A stretch of 62,966 nt of DNA, the filler included, from Thraustochytrium aureum (lineage: Eukaryota), in assembly GCA_012862495.1 (NCBI GenBank). It is 5 parts of 3 records of this genome, joined end to end, with 100 filler letters (N's around TTAATTAATTAA, not from the genome) between each part and the next. Parts side by side here need not be neighbours in the genome. Positions count along the whole stretch, not along the records: positions 23,284 to 55,240 come from BLSG01000329.1; 4 more parts are not named here. One strand, given 5' to 3'. The translations under genes and the position numbers were made by a program. The notes under the pieces are model-generated. The model had not been told where the DNA came from and made no database searches. It worked only from the letters and a program-made list of their open reading frames with translations. Shown here one piece after another: positions 24,338-35,471 of the stretch (the first letter of the stretch is position 1; the number at the start of each line of letters is the position of its first letter).

Positions 24338-27300
24338 ATGGCGAGCGCTGCACGCGATGACGATGCGGCGCTGGAGGCCATGACGGGGAGCGTCGCGATG
24401 AAAGTGCTTCGCGGAGCAGAGTTTCAAAGCCATGCAGCGCAGTACGTGCTGGCTGGTGCCGTGGCTGGCGTAACGCGGGCAACGATGTGCGTCAACGACC
24501 CCGATGACCTCTGGAGAGCGCTCGAGCCAGGCTTTTCGAGCCGACTTCCCCAAGTCAGCTTTTCGTGGGCCGGGCGCACCTTGCGCAGCCTTCAACTTGA
24601 AATTGTCGGCCCCAAGCACCCGTGCACAGCGGTGCACATCTCCTCCCCACTAGAGGCCTACCGCATCCCCTACCTCTATGTGTACGTGGTCAAGTGCGAC
24701 TCGTTGGAAGCCTACCGCGCCATGGTGCGGCCCCGGATCAAGGCCTGGGTGGATGAGCTGCAACAAGGGGCGAACGGGCTGGAAAAGTCCGAGTTTCTGA
24801 TCCTCTTCGCGCCGCAGCTGTTTCACACGGGGCCGGAAGAGGCCCAAGCTAAAGCTGCGGCGGCCTCCAAAAAGATTCTTGACAAGCTGCGCGCCGACTT
24901 CAACGAGCCCAAGCAGGATCGCTGTTGCAAGGTTACGCTGTATCGCGACACGCCTGCAGACCAGCCGCAGGGCAGGGCAGGCGACGGAGAGTGGGGCGAG
25001 CTGCTGAGCAAGGTGTGCAACTGCCTCGTCTCTGCGTTCGAGCTGCGGTGCCGGCGCTTTGAGGACCAGGTCCTCAAGCTCGAAGAGCAGGTCGACGTGC
25101 CGGGGTGGAACTATTGCACCTACCTCGTGGTTAAGGAGAGCTTGGCATTCACGTGGCTGCAACTGGGCCAGTTTTACGACGCGCTGCGCATCTTTGACAG
25201 CCTCAGCATGCAGTTCGACAAGATCATGAACGCGGCTGAAGACCATCGTCAGTCAACCAACAAGGTTCACATCGACCTGTTCCACGCGCAAGCCCAAAGA
25301 CGCCGCGCGATGGCAAGGATCCGCCACACTGGCGAAACCGGGAGCGAGGTTGTCTCCAACGGCGCTGCGGCGGAGCCCGCCGGCACTGCAGCAGCGGCGG
25401 CGGCGGAGGCCCTGTCCACGCCAGTCCTAGGACAAAGCAAGAAGATCGCCGGCCGCCTCTCGCGCAAGCTCTCGTCGTCGTTTTCGTTTGGCCCGCGCGG
25501 AGGCTCCAAAGCAGGCAATTTGCGCTCTCGGGCAGAGTCTCTCCTGCAGCGGCTTGACCATCTCGCTGCCCCACAAGAAGCGGCGAGGGCGCCTCAACCA
25601 GGTGAAACGAGCACCCTCGGGCGGTTGTCAGCGCTCCAGCTGGGGGCCAGCCCCGCCGTGTCGCAAGCGAAGACGTTGACCCCAAAGTCGGCGTACTCGA
25701 CCGGGTCGTCGGCCGACGGGTCCGACGTTAGCCCGCCTGAGTCCCCGCGCCACTTGGCGCTGCCGCCGACCGTCGTCCCTGGCGTCTTCCTCGACGTCAA
25801 GCGCAAGCCGTACCGCGAGGAGATTTACAAGAGCGCAACATCGGTGTTGGAGATCCGCCTCTACCTCTTTGTGAGGTGTGCCCTTTTGCTGTTCACTGTC
25901 GGCCGCCAGGACGAGGCTCTCCGGCGCTCGATCCACTTTATCTCCGCCTTTGCGAGCGAGATGGTCGGTCAAGGGGCTAGCGACAACGACCTCGCCGCGC
26001 CTGCCACCCAAGGACGGCGCGCTGCAGCAGCGCCTCATCGCGCTCTCGTGGGCGCTGTGTGCCTGCCTCGAGATGATTTGCGCCGGCCACGCCGCCAATG
26101 CTGCGCGCGCCGACCGCGACTCCGCCCCGGACGCCCTGCTGTACCAAAGCGAGCTCGCAGCGTTTGCTGCGCAGTGCCTAGAGCAATTGGTCGCCGCGGT
26201 GCACCCTCATGCAGACCAAAAGCAAGGCGAATCTAACGCGCTCCCACGCTCCAAGTGGGCCCTCGAGCTGGCCGGGTTCCTGCGCAGGCGTGACTCTGAG
26301 CTCCCAGATGAGAGCGAGGCCGACAAGGTCGACAAGATCATCGTGGCCAACGACCTAGGCAGCTGGCTCCCCGTTGGCATCTTGGAGGCGCTGACGGACG
26401 CGAGGTCCTGTTCGGCGCTCTTTTGACGACCTGCTGGCGTGCCAGGCTGCGTACTTGAGCTCTGCAGGACGCCTGCGCAGCTCGATGCACATCACCTTGC
26501 GTCGCGCAGAACTCGCGGCCACGCAGGGGCGCCACGGCGCTGTCGTCGCTTTGCTCCGCCCCTTTGCTAGCCCCGCAAGATCACGCGAAGCGCGCCAGCT
26601 GCTTCGCCCGCAGGCCTCGCTTGACGCGCAGGCGAGGCTGATGTACGGTTCGGCGCTCGATGCGCAGGGGCGCCAAGAGGAGGTCGTGCAATCCTGCCTC
26701 CGCACTCTAACGCTACAGGGCGCGCGGCTGCCGCAACGCGTTGAGGCACTCTCGGCGCTGCAGCGGGCAGTTCACTCCATCGCCCCCTTCGAGTTTCAGG
26801 GGCGCGCTTTCCGCTGCTTCGGGGCAGCGTGCTATGTAGCTCTTCTGCGTCGTGCCCAGCGCCAGAGCCCGTGCCGGAGTTGAACCCAGAAAGCGTCGGC
26901 GCGGCCCCGGCGCGGCCCAAGCAGCGCGGGGAGCTTGAGCACGCTGAACTAGCAATGCACCGCCAGGGCGAGGCCATCGAGACTTACTTGGCCGTGACGA
27001 GCGTACTGCCCGCGGCCGTCACGCTCTGCAAGGTTTACGCGCGCTTCCGCCGCGTGTCCAACTCGGCGTCCTCGCTGCCGTCACCGCTTGGGCGCCAACC
27101 GCGCAGGCAAGTCGGCGCCCGAAGGGGCCCAGGCCAACGCGGACTGGACCAGGTCAGCAAGCTTGTGAGCTACCGAAGCACCGACCCCTCGATGGAGCTC
27201 GTTGAAGCAGAGGAGGAGCTTGACGAGGAGGGGTTTTCAAGCAGTGACGGCGGTCGGCTCTCCGACAGCGGGGACGATGACCAGGGCCTCTATTCCGAAG

Positions 27301-29467
27301 ACGATGACGACGACGACAACAACAACAACAACAAAAACGAGGACAGCAACGATGAGGCGGCTGACGAGGTGTCGCCGCGCGCCGCGAGCAAGTCTAGACG
27401 GCGCAAGAGCCGCGTGCCCGCGCTCGCAATGGCCAGCGTTCGGCACGGCGTTGGCGCCGAGGCCCTATCCCCGGCGACGGCTGATGATGGGGGACGCGAC
27501 ACGCCGAACCCTTTCGACGACCCGCGCGTCGATTCTGGCGGAGCGGCGACGCCAGAGCACGGCGGGCCTGGCGCCGCAGACTCTAGCTCGCGCCGGTCCA
27601 AGTACCTCTACGTGGCAGCCGACAACGTCCTCGTAGAGCCAGGCAGCGGGGTGGTGCGTCTCTCGGCGGGGCCCGCCGGGCGAGGAGACGCGCTCCACCC
27701 GGTTGGCCTCTACGTGCTCGATCGCGTTGTGTTCCGCATAGCCCCGGCTCTCGACCTGGTTTGCCCGGTCGAGGAGAGCGATGGCGGCGGGCCAGCGCCG
27801 GGTCCAGGCGCTGCGCGGTTTTGTGTGGTCCCGATGCCGTCGCTGTTTTCCCTTGAGATGGTCAAGCCCAAGGGCGGGTTTGTCCCGACAAACGACTCGG
27901 CAGGGACGGATCTGGCTGTTGAGTTTCGAGTCAAAGTGCACGACGTCGCTGCCNNNNNNNNNNNNNNNNNNNNNNNNNNNNNNNNNNNNNNNNNNNNNNN
28001 NNNNNNNNNNNNNNNNNNNNNNNNNNNNNNNNNNNNNNNNNNNNNNNNNNNNNNNNNNNNNNNNNNNNNNNNNNNNNNNNNNNCGGGCTGTCGTTGGGCC
28101 TCCGGCTCGCGGACGGCGCGTTCGACGGCCTGAGCAACTTGATGGGCCTTGATCTTGGCGGGCCCGAGGGTGCGGACTGCGGCGCCGAGCTCGTCGAGGT
28201 AAACGGCGAGCCGGCAGACACCGCTTCTGTCGCCTTTGATGCGGAGGACCTCGCTCGCGCGATATCCGCCCCGGCAGGAGAAGAGCGCTTTCTCGGCGAA
28301 AAGGTCGTGGCGCTGCTGCGCACGCGCTCGGCGAAATCGGTCAACGTGGACCGCCTCTTGGTCCCGGGCGCGATGGGCACCAAGGTGCTCGTCCGAAAAG
28401 GGCTCTCGCATGCAGAGTCGAGCGCGGCGAGCGCGATCGCGCTGCAATCTGATTTCCAGGTCCAGGTTGAAAACGGCGCGGCGCGGCCAGCGCTTCTCTC
28501 TCAAGCGCGCCAGCTTCGCATCCGCGCAGGCCCGCCGTTTCGCGTTGCGCAATGCGTGCGCCTTCACGGATCGACCGTGTGGATCACGCTTACCCTGCAC
28601 TCGAATCTCCCAGTCGCCGTGGTCGTGCGCGGCGCGACGTTGCAGGAATCCACAGCGGTGCAAGGGACCGCTTCAGAGAATCTCGTTGGGCCTGAGCAGG
28701 ACCTCCACCTGACATTTACAACTTTCGTTGGCGCTGGCGGCGAGCACGACCAAGGCGGTGGTGCGCCCAGAGCTGAGCGCTCGCTGCGGTTCAGCGTGGA
28801 CTTTGCGTACGAAGACGGCGAATTTGTGGGCCGCTTCCAGCGGACTGTCGCGTTTCGCCAGGCCCTGCGTGCGAGTCGCTTCAGAACGAGAACGCGGTGC
28901 GCCAACCTTGACGCTGTGCGCGTGGGCTCCACAACCTCGCTGGTGTTTACGATCGAGCGGGAGGTGACCAGCACGTGGGTCGTAGAGTCTGTTTTTGCGA
29001 CACGTTCTCATGCGCTGATCAACGCCTCGTCCAGCCCGCTTTTCTCGCGTTCAAAGCGCTTTGACGCGCTCAAGGATGGGGCTGGCCCAAGCCCGAACGC
29101 CTCGGTTCGAGCGCCCGAGGCCTTGCGTGCGTCGGCGGGGGCGGACACGTCTGGCAACGCAGCGGTGGGCGTCCCCGCGAGTGAAGGCGAAAGTGCATCG
29201 CGAGCCGCTTCCCCTTGGCATCCGGAGTACGAGGCGCGACGCGTTTCGTACGTCGTTGCGTTTGATCCGAGCAAGTGGATGGCAGTTGGCTCTGAGCGCG
29301 GACACGTCGATCTCGCCGAAGGGCAAGAGCGTTCGCTTGTTTCGTGCGAGTTTGTCCCGCTGGCTTCTGGACGACTCACTTTGCCCGCATTGGTGCTTTT
29401 GGGGCAGGCGAGCAGCGAAGAGGCCTCGGGCACGCTATCGCGCGCGATCCTGAGTGTGTTCGACTGA
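24338..29467 (+). CDS. TRAPPC10: TRAPP II-specific subunit Trs130/TRAPPC10, split over several ORFs by frameshifts and a gap
   Basis: PYLYVYVVKCDS.EAYR..VRPRIKAWV, KILDKLRADFN, PGWNYCTYLVVKESLAF...LG...DALR.FD.L, EIRLYLF and C-terminal FVPL.SG.L.LP. Frame changes near 25990, 26420 and 26830; gap 27954-28083; possible intron 28975-29034. Confidence 0.85.
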
Positions 29468-29733
29468 GCCCACTGGAGGCTTGAGGCGGCAAGGATCTGG
29501 ATTGGTCGGGCCAGGGTCCTGGGCCGTCTCTGGGGGGTCGGCGCCCTTGTTTGTTGGCGTGATGGCAAGTGCTTTTGATTGGACTGATTAGATTTGTTTC
29601 CCAGTCTTGCTTGTCACGCTGTTGGCGAGCCCAAACCGGGTCGCCGTCAAGCTCGTAAGGCTGAGCCGCGGGGCGAGAAAGCACTGAGCCCAGCGCAAAG
29701 CGGTGTTGGGCGTGCATTGGGGCCGCCGCCAGC

Positions 29734-29879
29734 TTAGGTCTCCCTTGGCCGCGGCCTGCTTCTCAGCAGCCTTGGCAGCGCGCTCGACGAGCCACGACGA
29801 GGACTGCACGCGCGCGCCGAGGGGGCAGACCACCTCGATGCTGAGCTCGCGGCATACGTCGCGCTCTGCCTTCATGTAC
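29734..29879 (-). CDS. C-terminal fragment of a cytidylyltransferase-family protein (TagD/RfaE-like); 5' part in the gap
   Basis: E..VC.EL.IEVV..LG.RVQSSSWL matches the C-terminal K/R-x-Q-SSS-W-L motif of this family. The stop position assumes a 1-nt homopolymer error. Confidence 0.55.
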
Positions 29880-30197
29880 NNNNNNNNNNNNNNNNNNNNN
29901 NNNNNNNNNNNNNNNNNNNNNNNNNNNNNNNNNNNNNNNNNNNNNNNNNNNNNNNNNNNNNNNNNNNNNNNNNNNNNNNNNNNNNNNNNNNNNNNNNNNN
30001 NNNNNNNNNNNNNNNNNNNNNNNNNNNNNNNNNNNNNNNNNNNNNNNNNNNNNNNNNNNNNNNNNNNNNNNNNNNNNNNNNNNNNNNNNNNNNNNNNNNN
30101 NNNNNNNNNNNNNNNNNNNCAACTACCTCCTCGCCGATCCTCGCGACGTGAGCTGCTCTTCCGTTGGTCGCCTCAACCGCAAGGAGCTCGATCGGCG

Positions 30198-30198
30198 T

Positions 30199-30228
<30 letters not shown>
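30198..30228. repeat. (GCCT)n microsatellite
   Basis: Run of CTGC/GCCT units. Confidence 0.85.
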
Positions 30229-30229
<1 letters not shown>

Positions 30230-30806
30230 CTGCCTCATGCCTGCAGGCTCGGCGTAGAAAAGTGCCGTGACTTGCCCGCTAAAAGTGGGCGAAAAGTGGC
30301 GCCGGTTTGGTCAGCATTTGCGGTGGGCACAGCTGCCAGACGGCCTCGCCCGCAACCGCAACCGCAAGGCAGCGCGCCGCTAGGGCGTCCTACGGGTTTG
30401 CGCTAGCCGCCCGACAATCAATCAATCCTCTGGTTGCTTTCGGCTGTTGACGATACCTGCCTTCTCCGCATCGCATGGGGACATGATGGTGATGGAATGT
30501 CGAGGATTGCTGCCGGACGAGGGCTTTCGCGCAGTCGCGAGCGAGCCTGTCGCGGGTTTCGGGTGATGAGACATGTGCGCGGGCTCCAGAGCAAGGACGA
30601 CCACAACGAACTGGCGAGGTATTTACTTATCCATCCATTACGAGACGAGCCATGTGCTCTCATCTGTTGCGGCAGGATGCCCGTCGTTTGTTTCAACAAG
30701 AGCTATCGATACCTTGGATGCTCCGGATACTCCTCTCCCGGCGTCCACGGCCTTTGACGGATGCCGGGCCCGAGCCCTGCAGAGCGCCGGAGCACGTGCA
30801 GGCCTT

Positions 30807-31289
30807 TTAGTGCCCTGTAGCTGGCGGAGTCGCGCACTTGATGAGCTTGACGGCGACGACTGCGTCGAAGATCGTCGCCTCGTCTGGGCAGTGGTTGAAG
30901 CGGGGCTGGAACGCCTCAGGCAGGTTGCACTGGACATCTTGCGGCAAGAGCGCGGGAAACCAGCCCACCGTGGGCACCTCAGCCTCGTCGGGGCCCTCGG
31001 ACAGGTTCATGACGCGCGAGCCGCACTCTGAGCAAAAGCAGCGCCTAAAGTTCGCCTTCGGATGCTTGAAGTGCTTGATCAGCTCTTTGCCTTGCGTGAT
31101 CTCGAACAGGTTCTCGCTCACGTACACGACGTAATACAGCGGCGATGCGTGTGCCCTCTTGCAGCTCTCGCAGTAGCAGTAAATCCCCTCCGAAACGTCG
31201 TCCGCCCCGGGCCTCGGCGTGCGCACCCGAAACCGCACGCCGCCGCAATAGCACTGGCCCTCGACCACGGCAACCTCATGGGACGCCAT
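30807..31289 (-). CDS. GFA / CENP-V family Zn-binding protein (Mss4-like fold)
   Basis: GQCYCGGVRF, CYCESCKR, RRCFCSECGS. Confidence 0.92.
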   Translation of the reverse strand: MASHEVAVVEGQCYCGGVRFRVRTPRPGADDVSEGIYCYCESCKRAHASPLYYVVYVSENLFEITQGKELIKHFKHPKANFRRCFCSECGSRVMNLSEGPDEAEVPTVGWFPALLPQDVQCNLPEAFQPRFNHCPDEATIFDAVVAVKLIKCATPPATGH

Positions 31290-31719
31290 CTGGGCCAGCT
31301 AGCTCGTGTTCGGGGACTGGAGATGAGACTGTCAGGATGCCCGACGAGGCTGCGTTTTTGTGCCGCCATGACCCATCCGATTGGACCTTCCGCGTCGAAA
31401 GCCAACTCCAGTAGGTAAGCAGCAAGCTAGGCCCTTTGCGCTTGTCTCGTGCGCAGGCCGGCGGGCAGCGGGCTCCCAATCGACGAGATGTCGTTTCTGG
31501 TCATGATCAGCCTGCGACGCGAGCTCAATGCTCCCCAAGAGCGCTCGTTTTGTTCATTTCGTCGATGACTTGGCCGTGCGAAAACGGCGCAGACGGCCTT
31601 CGCTCGCCCGCCTGCGCGCTGGCATCGCTCCGTACTCGACTGTACTTGCTGCTCTGCTGCCGAGTAAGTACTTGCCGTTCCGGTCGCGTCTGCAGCTGCT
31701 CTCGCGCTGTTTTCTCGCG

Positions 31720-31953
31720 ATGCCGCCCTCGGCGTCGGTGGAGGAGCTCGAGGAAAGGGTGGCCAAGTTGGAGCTGCTCGGGCCGGGCGTGGCTGGACGC
31801 GGCCAAGGGACTGCGGACGCCGCGGAGGTGGATGCGGTCAGGCAGGAGAACGAAGCGCTCAAGGAGAAGGTCGGCAAGCTCGAGTATAGAATCAAGTTTT
31901 TGCTGCGCGCGCTCGACCGCGCGGAAGGGGCGGGGGGCGCCGGCGGAAAGTGA
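31720..31953 (+). CDS. Small (77 aa) coiled-coil protein resembling the N-terminal leucine zipper of metazoan arginyl-tRNA synthetase
   Basis: VEELEERVAKLE...ENEALKEKVGKLEYRIKFLLRALD, with strongly GC3-biased codons as in neighbouring genes. Confidence 0.65.
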   Translation: MPPSASVEELEERVAKLELLGPGVAGRGQGTADAAEVDAVRQENEALKEKVGKLEYRIKFLLRALDRAEGAGGAGGK

Positions 31954-32198
31954 ACGCAAGTAGAATTGACGCGCGAACGAGCCGAGCCATGGTCGCCCGC
32001 CCGCTCGCGGCTCTTGGTATTGGTACTTAGAGAACGAACAGCAGGTTGGATTTCTGACGGCAGGTTTTCGCTGGCCGATCGGTCGGTCGGTGCGTTGGGC
32101 GCCGGCTAGATGGTGCTATCTCGAACTCACGTTAGCTCTCTCTACTAGCTCTAGAGAGCGAGCTGGAGCTCTCTTTGGAGAGTTGTCGCCTTTGCGAG

Positions 32199-35100
32199 CT
32201 ACTCGCCCTTGACAAAGAGGCCAAGCCGGCCAGCGACCTCGCCGTACTGGCTGACCAGGTAGGGGGCTTCGCCAGAGGCGCTCTCGAGGTCGGCAGCAGT
32301 TTGCTTGCTAGCAGCATCCCCGCCGCTGCCCCCCTTGTCCGAGACCATGGACAAAAACATAACCGAGTCCCCAGAAAAGAGCCTGGCGATCATGCTTGCC
32401 GTCGACTTGACGTCCTGCAGCGTGCCGACGTCAGCGGTCACGAAGAGAACAGCCGAGCGGACCAAGTCCGAGCTGGCGTCAACGAGGGCGCCATCCTCCA
32501 GACTCAAAAGGCCCGGGATGACGCACGTATAGTGCACTGGGCTGAGCGTCGGCGGGCTGCGAATAAGCCCGCGGACCGTGTGCTGAAAGTCAGCCCTCGT
32601 TCCTCGACTGAGAAGAGTCGTTGTCCCTTGCGCGCAGCTGGAGGTCAGCAGCGAAAAGCTCAGCTTGTCCGCATCCAAGTCTCCTACAGAGATCGAGCTG
32701 TCTACGAGCTGGATCCCGTTGAGCATGTGCAGCCAGGCAGCGGAGGAGACAGCGTCGTCCAGGATGAAAATGAGGTTGATCTCGTCCACCTCACGGACAG
32801 GCGACCGAGTTGGCGCGGCCGAAGGCTCGCGTGTGGGCCGTGTGGGCTGCTTGGAAAGCAAATCCTTGATGCGGTCGGTGGCAGCCTCAATGGCCCAGCT
32901 TGGGAGAATTGCCAGGTTCTCAGATGGCGGCCAAGACGCGATCGGGCCCGCGTACACCTGGCAGGAGCGCCCGTCGTGGTTGCAAAAGGTGCGTCGCTCG
33001 GGTGCCAAGTTGCCCTCAAAATACTCGCGATTCAACTCGACGACCCCTCGGGAGGTTGGCCCCCCAAATACCACGATTCGAACGTCGTCGGCGTGCGCCC
33101 TTCTGGCTTGAAGCGGGACTGTCTTGGCCGTGTACAGCTCCACCGAGTGCTTGCGAAACCGGTTGGGCCAAACCACGGACCGCTTGGGGTTGCTCGCGGA
33201 GAGGATGACTATGTACCTGTCGTTGCCACTAAACTTGGAGCTGGCGAGCTCGGCGCGAGCTTCAAATATGGCTTCACCGAGCGCGGCGCGGTCGTCCCCG
33301 CTGCAGCAAGGGAGAGCCCGGACGAGTTCAAGCAGGGCGTCGCTGTCGCGCGCAGCCAGGCGGATGCGCGAAGAACCGTGCCCGGCCGTTTCATGGAACG
33401 GTATGACTGCCACCTGACCCCCGTGCGAGGAATCCGTCGTGCGCGCGACTTGCAAAATGAGCGGAACCATCGTGCTACGAAAGGCGGCCTGCGACATTGC
33501 GTTGGTCGTGTCGACGAGGATAACGATGTCGCGAGGCTTTGGCCCGAGCACGCCGATGTGCGGAAGGGACTCGAGGTCCAGGACTGGCGGCGGGGACGCC
33601 GAGGGCGAATCGGTCTCTGCGCCGGTGGCCAAACCCGGGTTCGCTTTCGGGTTGCGGTTCTGCGGGGTTGTAGGCGGCGGGGCCGAAGGGGTCGCTGGTT
33701 GCGCCGTGGCTTCTGGTGTTGCGAAGCAAATGCGGTCCTCCAGCCTTTGAGCGACTTGCTCGTAAATTGGCGAGGTCCAGTTGTCAATTGCGAAGAGATT
33801 TTCGGCAGAAGGCTTGGACACGATGGCGAATTGGTGAAAGTGGCACTCGACCTCGTTCGGGGCGCAGTAGCGCTCGCCAAGGGCGGCATCCGCAAAGTAG
33901 CTCACGCGTGGCATCTCGCCGCGGTGGTCGGGGACGCCGACATAGGCGATGAGCGCCCCGTACTCTTTGAGCTTTTGCGCAGAGCGCGGGACCTGCTCGG
34001 CCAAGTAGTAGGCCTGCGACATGTCACGCTGGCTAAAGGATGCATAGGCAGAGGGCATGGCAAGGTTCTGGAACGGCGTGCCTTTCCCAATCACCAAGAC
34101 GATTGGCAGGCTGCCCGCGCTGCCCTGCGCTCGAAGCGTCTCAAGGGCCTCCTCGAATAGCCATGCGTATGGACTGCAGCACGAAAAGGCGACCTCACGC
34201 GAGTCGACAAGCGACTCGATCCCAGCCCTGACCTGTTCTGGAGTGCGGTTCTGCAGGGGCAGCGCCTTGACGATCTGTCCATTGAAGAAGAACAGCGCCG
34301 TCTGGCTTCCTTTGGCAGGGCTGACCGAGGCCAAGAGCCTTCCAGCAAGCGGAAGGGTGTACGTGTAAAACGCCTCCTGGTCGACCGAGTTAGACACGTC
34401 CACAGCAACGATGAGGTCGCGGGGAGTTTCGGAACAACGTTTTACATTGTTTGGCCCCCGCGCGGCAGACGGGCCGCTTGTCTTCAGCGTTGGCTCGAGC
34501 GTTGGCTCGGGCGTGGGCTCAATCGTGGGCTCGGGCGTGGGCTCAATCGTGGGCTCGGGCGTTGGAGACACTGTAGGCCAGTTCGCGTTGCAAATTCGGA
34601 TGAGCGATTCTTGCACAAGGAGCGGGACATCCCACTTTGTTGAGCCAAAAGCATTCCTCGCGTAGAAGGCATTGTTGGCGATCGGTTTTGACACGAGTGG
34701 CAGGTGCTCTGGGGTGGCACGCACGCAGCGTTTGCGGCCGTCATATTCGAGGCACTCCCTCTCAATGCTTCCGCTGTAGTATTGCAGGTTTGGCGCGACC
34801 TTGTCTCTATTGTTGAGCGCAGCCAAAAGGATTTGCGTCCCGCGCGACTGCTTCAAGGTGTGCGCGGCACGAGGCACTACCCTCATCTTGTAGTCTGCTG
34901 GGTGGATGTTGTTGATCACGTTTTCGGCGTTCGGGTAGGTCTGGAAATGCTTGTTCGGGAACGGGACGCCGTCGGAGACTACAAATGCAATTTGGGCGAA
35001 TGGCGGCAGCGTGCTCTCGACATTTGCCGCTTCGTCGAATTGTCTCCTCGCCTCGTCAAAGGCCTCAGCCAAGGGCGTGCAGCATGCGCAGCACGCCTCC

Positions 35101-35471
35101 TTGGTGGAGCGAATGACTTGGACGGCATCGACCCACTCGGCCAGGCTGTATCGCTGCAAAGGTGCGCGCACCACGACGTCTCCGCCAAAGGTGATGATGC
35201 CCAGCTTGTTGTTTGGGTTGCCTCGGAACCCGCAGTAGAGTTTCTCCGCGTAGGCAAGGATCTCGTCGAAGAACTTTTCGCGCGGCATTGAGTTGGACGC
35301 ATCCATGAGGAAGATGATGTGGCGTGGCCTGTCGTCACACGCTTGCACGTCGTCGCAGAACCCCTCGAGTGGCTCGCCGCCCATCGAAACCGGCGCGGCG
35401 CCGCGCGCCGCGGCCACACAATTCGTTGCAAGTGCGAAGGCCAGCAAAACCCAAGCAACGCATCGCGACAT
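32199..35471 (-). CDS. Secreted protein with four tandem vWA-like domains and Pro/Thr/Glu-rich linkers (1090 aa)
   Basis: Signal peptide MSRCVAWVLLAFALA. Domain starts IIFLMDASNS, LIVAVDVSNS, IVILVDTTNA and LIFILDDAVS; also VVSDG. Intronless. Confidence 0.85.
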   Translation of the reverse strand: MSRCVAWVLLAFALATNCVAAARGAAPVSMGGEPLEGFCDDVQACDDRPRHIIFLMDASNSMPREKFFDEILAYAEKLYCGFRGNPNNKLGIITFGGDVVVRAPLQRYSLAEWVDAVQVIRSTKEACCACCTPLAEAFDEARRQFDEAANVESTLPPFAQIAFVVSDGVPFPNKHFQTYPNAENVINNIHPADYKMRVVPRAAHTLKQSRGTQILLAALNNRDKVAPNLQYYSGSIERECLEYDGRKRCVRATPEHLPLVSKPIANNAFYARNAFGSTKWDVPLLVQESLIRICNANWPTVSPTPEPTIEPTPEPTIEPTPEPTLEPTLKTSGPSAARGPNNVKRCSETPRDLIVAVDVSNSVDQEAFYTYTLPLAGRLLASVSPAKGSQTALFFFNGQIVKALPLQNRTPEQVRAGIESLVDSREVAFSCCSPYAWLFEEALETLRAQGSAGSLPIVLVIGKGTPFQNLAMPSAYASFSQRDMSQAYYLAEQVPRSAQKLKEYGALIAYVGVPDHRGEMPRVSYFADAALGERYCAPNEVECHFHQFAIVSKPSAENLFAIDNWTSPIYEQVAQRLEDRICFATPEATAQPATPSAPPPTTPQNRNPKANPGLATGAETDSPSASPPPVLDLESLPHIGVLGPKPRDIVILVDTTNAMSQAAFRSTMVPLILQVARTTDSSHGGQVAVIPFHETAGHGSSRIRLAARDSDALLELVRALPCCSGDDRAALGEAIFEARAELASSKFSGNDRYIVILSASNPKRSVVWPNRFRKHSVELYTAKTVPLQARRAHADDVRIVVFGGPTSRGVVELNREYFEGNLAPERRTFCNHDGRSCQVYAGPIASWPPSENLAILPSWAIEAATDRIKDLLSKQPTRPTREPSAAPTRSPVREVDEINLIFILDDAVSSAAWLHMLNGIQLVDSSISVGDLDADKLSFSLLTSSCAQGTTTLLSRGTRADFQHTVRGLIRSPPTLSPVHYTCVIPGLLSLEDGALVDASSDLVRSAVLFVTADVGTLQDVKSTASMIARLFSGDSVMFLSMVSDKGGSGGDAASKQTAADLESASGEAPYLVSQYGEVAGRLGLFVKGE
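34489..34565 (-). repeat. Coding tandem repeat (12/24-bp units) encoding (PTPEPTIE)n
   Basis: GGCTCGGGCGTGGGCTCAATCGTG repeated; protein PTPEPTIEPTPEPTIEPTPEPTLEPT. Confidence 0.9.
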
